Positions 63,539 to 64,000 of a stretch of DNA of 64,000 nt are shown here, piece after piece. This stretch comes from a virus. Its lineage: Duplodnaviria; Caudoviricetes. The notes beneath the pieces are model-generated. The model saw only the letters and a list, made by a program, of their open reading frames with translations. It did no database searches and was not told the DNA's origin. Position numbers and translations under genes: made by a program. How positions within the stretch are numbered: position 1 is the first letter of the stretch; every line of letters begins with the position of its first letter. Location of the stretch: IMG/VR virus record IMGVR_UViG_2687453341_000008, one strand, 5' to 3'.

Positions 63539-63565
63539 AGGCCGGAAAGAGGCAATTCTGTTACC
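63539..63565 (-). promoter_or_regulatory. ECF-like promoter
   Basis: GGTAAC-N14-CCGGCCTA, intergenic. Confidence 0.6.
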
Positions 63566-63580
63566 AAGATTTCGGAGAAA

Positions 63581-64000
63581 TTAAGCGGACTTTTTTGCCT
63601 TGCCGTTTTGAACAATCATCTTGGGAGGCATTTGGTGGTACCGCCCGTTGACACAGACAATCGCGTGCGCGTGGAGCGAGCCCTCGGAGTCGTTACGGAT
63701 TTCAACGATGAAGTCGTCGAACTCAAGAGCGAGGAAGTCGCGATATTGCATGACGAGCTTTTGGTTGGTCCGATTTAGGGTCTGCTTCTCCTTCTTGATC
63801 ACGTTCGGTCCACCCATCTCAGCTCGGACGAGGGACTTGCGGTAGTAGAACAAGTGCCCACCTCTCCAGCGGAACGGGTACCGACCTGCATATCCGTTTC
63901 GAAGGACACTTGCGCGAGTATTCCCGATGATTTCAGCAGCTTGAGACAAAGATACCCAGTCTGAAAAACTGTTTAACCATTCGTCGTCTTGGGAGACCAT
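63581..64000 (-). CDS. Excisionase-like HTH protein (may extend beyond the window)
   Basis: WVSLSQAAEIIG.TRASV. Confidence 0.55.
   Translation of the reverse strand: MVSQDDEWLNSFSDWVSLSQAAEIIGNTRASVLRNGYAGRYPFRWRGGHLFYYRKSLVRAEMGGPNVIKKEKQTLNRTNQKLVMQYRDFLALEFDDFIVEIRNDSEGSLHAHAIVCVNGRYHQMPPKMIVQNGKAKKSA

Larger units (their letters stand above)
11792..64000 (-). mobile_element. Large prophage-like element; left end truncated by IS21, right end outside the window
   Basis: Portal, TerL/TerS, RecT/YqaJ, DnaB, initiator, many small co-oriented ORFs; no integrase, att site, capsid or tail gene recognised here. Confidence 0.8.

Noticed and set aside
14590-63565. CRISPR array or integron attC interpretation of the CCGGCCT repeats
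   Set aside because: Copies are short, degenerate, kilobases apart and lack regular spacers or attC-type palindromes; no cas or integron integrase gene is present.
1-64000. tRNA, rRNA, integrase or att sites
   Set aside because: None recognised by eye; a tRNAscan/Infernal run would be needed to exclude them formally.

Overview
Planctomycete-like (probably Pirellulaceae; inferred from a DUF1559 prepilin and Planctomycete-type ECF sigmas) chromosomal DNA. Bases 1-8.3 kb are a host minus-strand cluster (GT-C and GT2 glycosyltransferases, sulfotransferase, WD40, DUF1559 prepilin, a 10-Cys secreted peptide, DUF1573-like proteins). An IS630 remnant follows, cut by a complete IS21 (9187-11791) that has no target-site duplication. 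The remaining ~52 kb is a large prophage-like element, almost all on the minus strand and running off the right edge. It carries replication/recombination genes (initiator, DnaB, RecU-like, YqaJ/RecT, DnaN), TerS/TerL, a portal fused to an Acb1-like 2H-phosphoesterase, a ParB/methyltransferase cluster, an MTase plus SNF2 helicase, an S8 protease cassette, AlkB, CsrA, two probable defence cassettes (Type ISP R-M plus nuclease; GHKL-nuclease) and a 12-kb array of small genes. No capsid or tail genes were recognised. Main discovery: the element encodes two ECF-type sigma paralogs and about 16 (plus ~5 weaker) copies of a bipartite ECF-like promoter (TGWMAC-like hexamer, usually followed by AA, a 14-15 nt spacer, then CCGGCCT), all on the coding strand ahead of genes. 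One sigma has a sigma70-type promoter with a palindromic operator and the other has the ECF-like promoter, which suggests a self-contained sigma cascade. The sigma70-driven sigma also shares a ~45-aa C-terminal module with the SNF2 helicase. All family assignments are motif recognition by eye, not database results.
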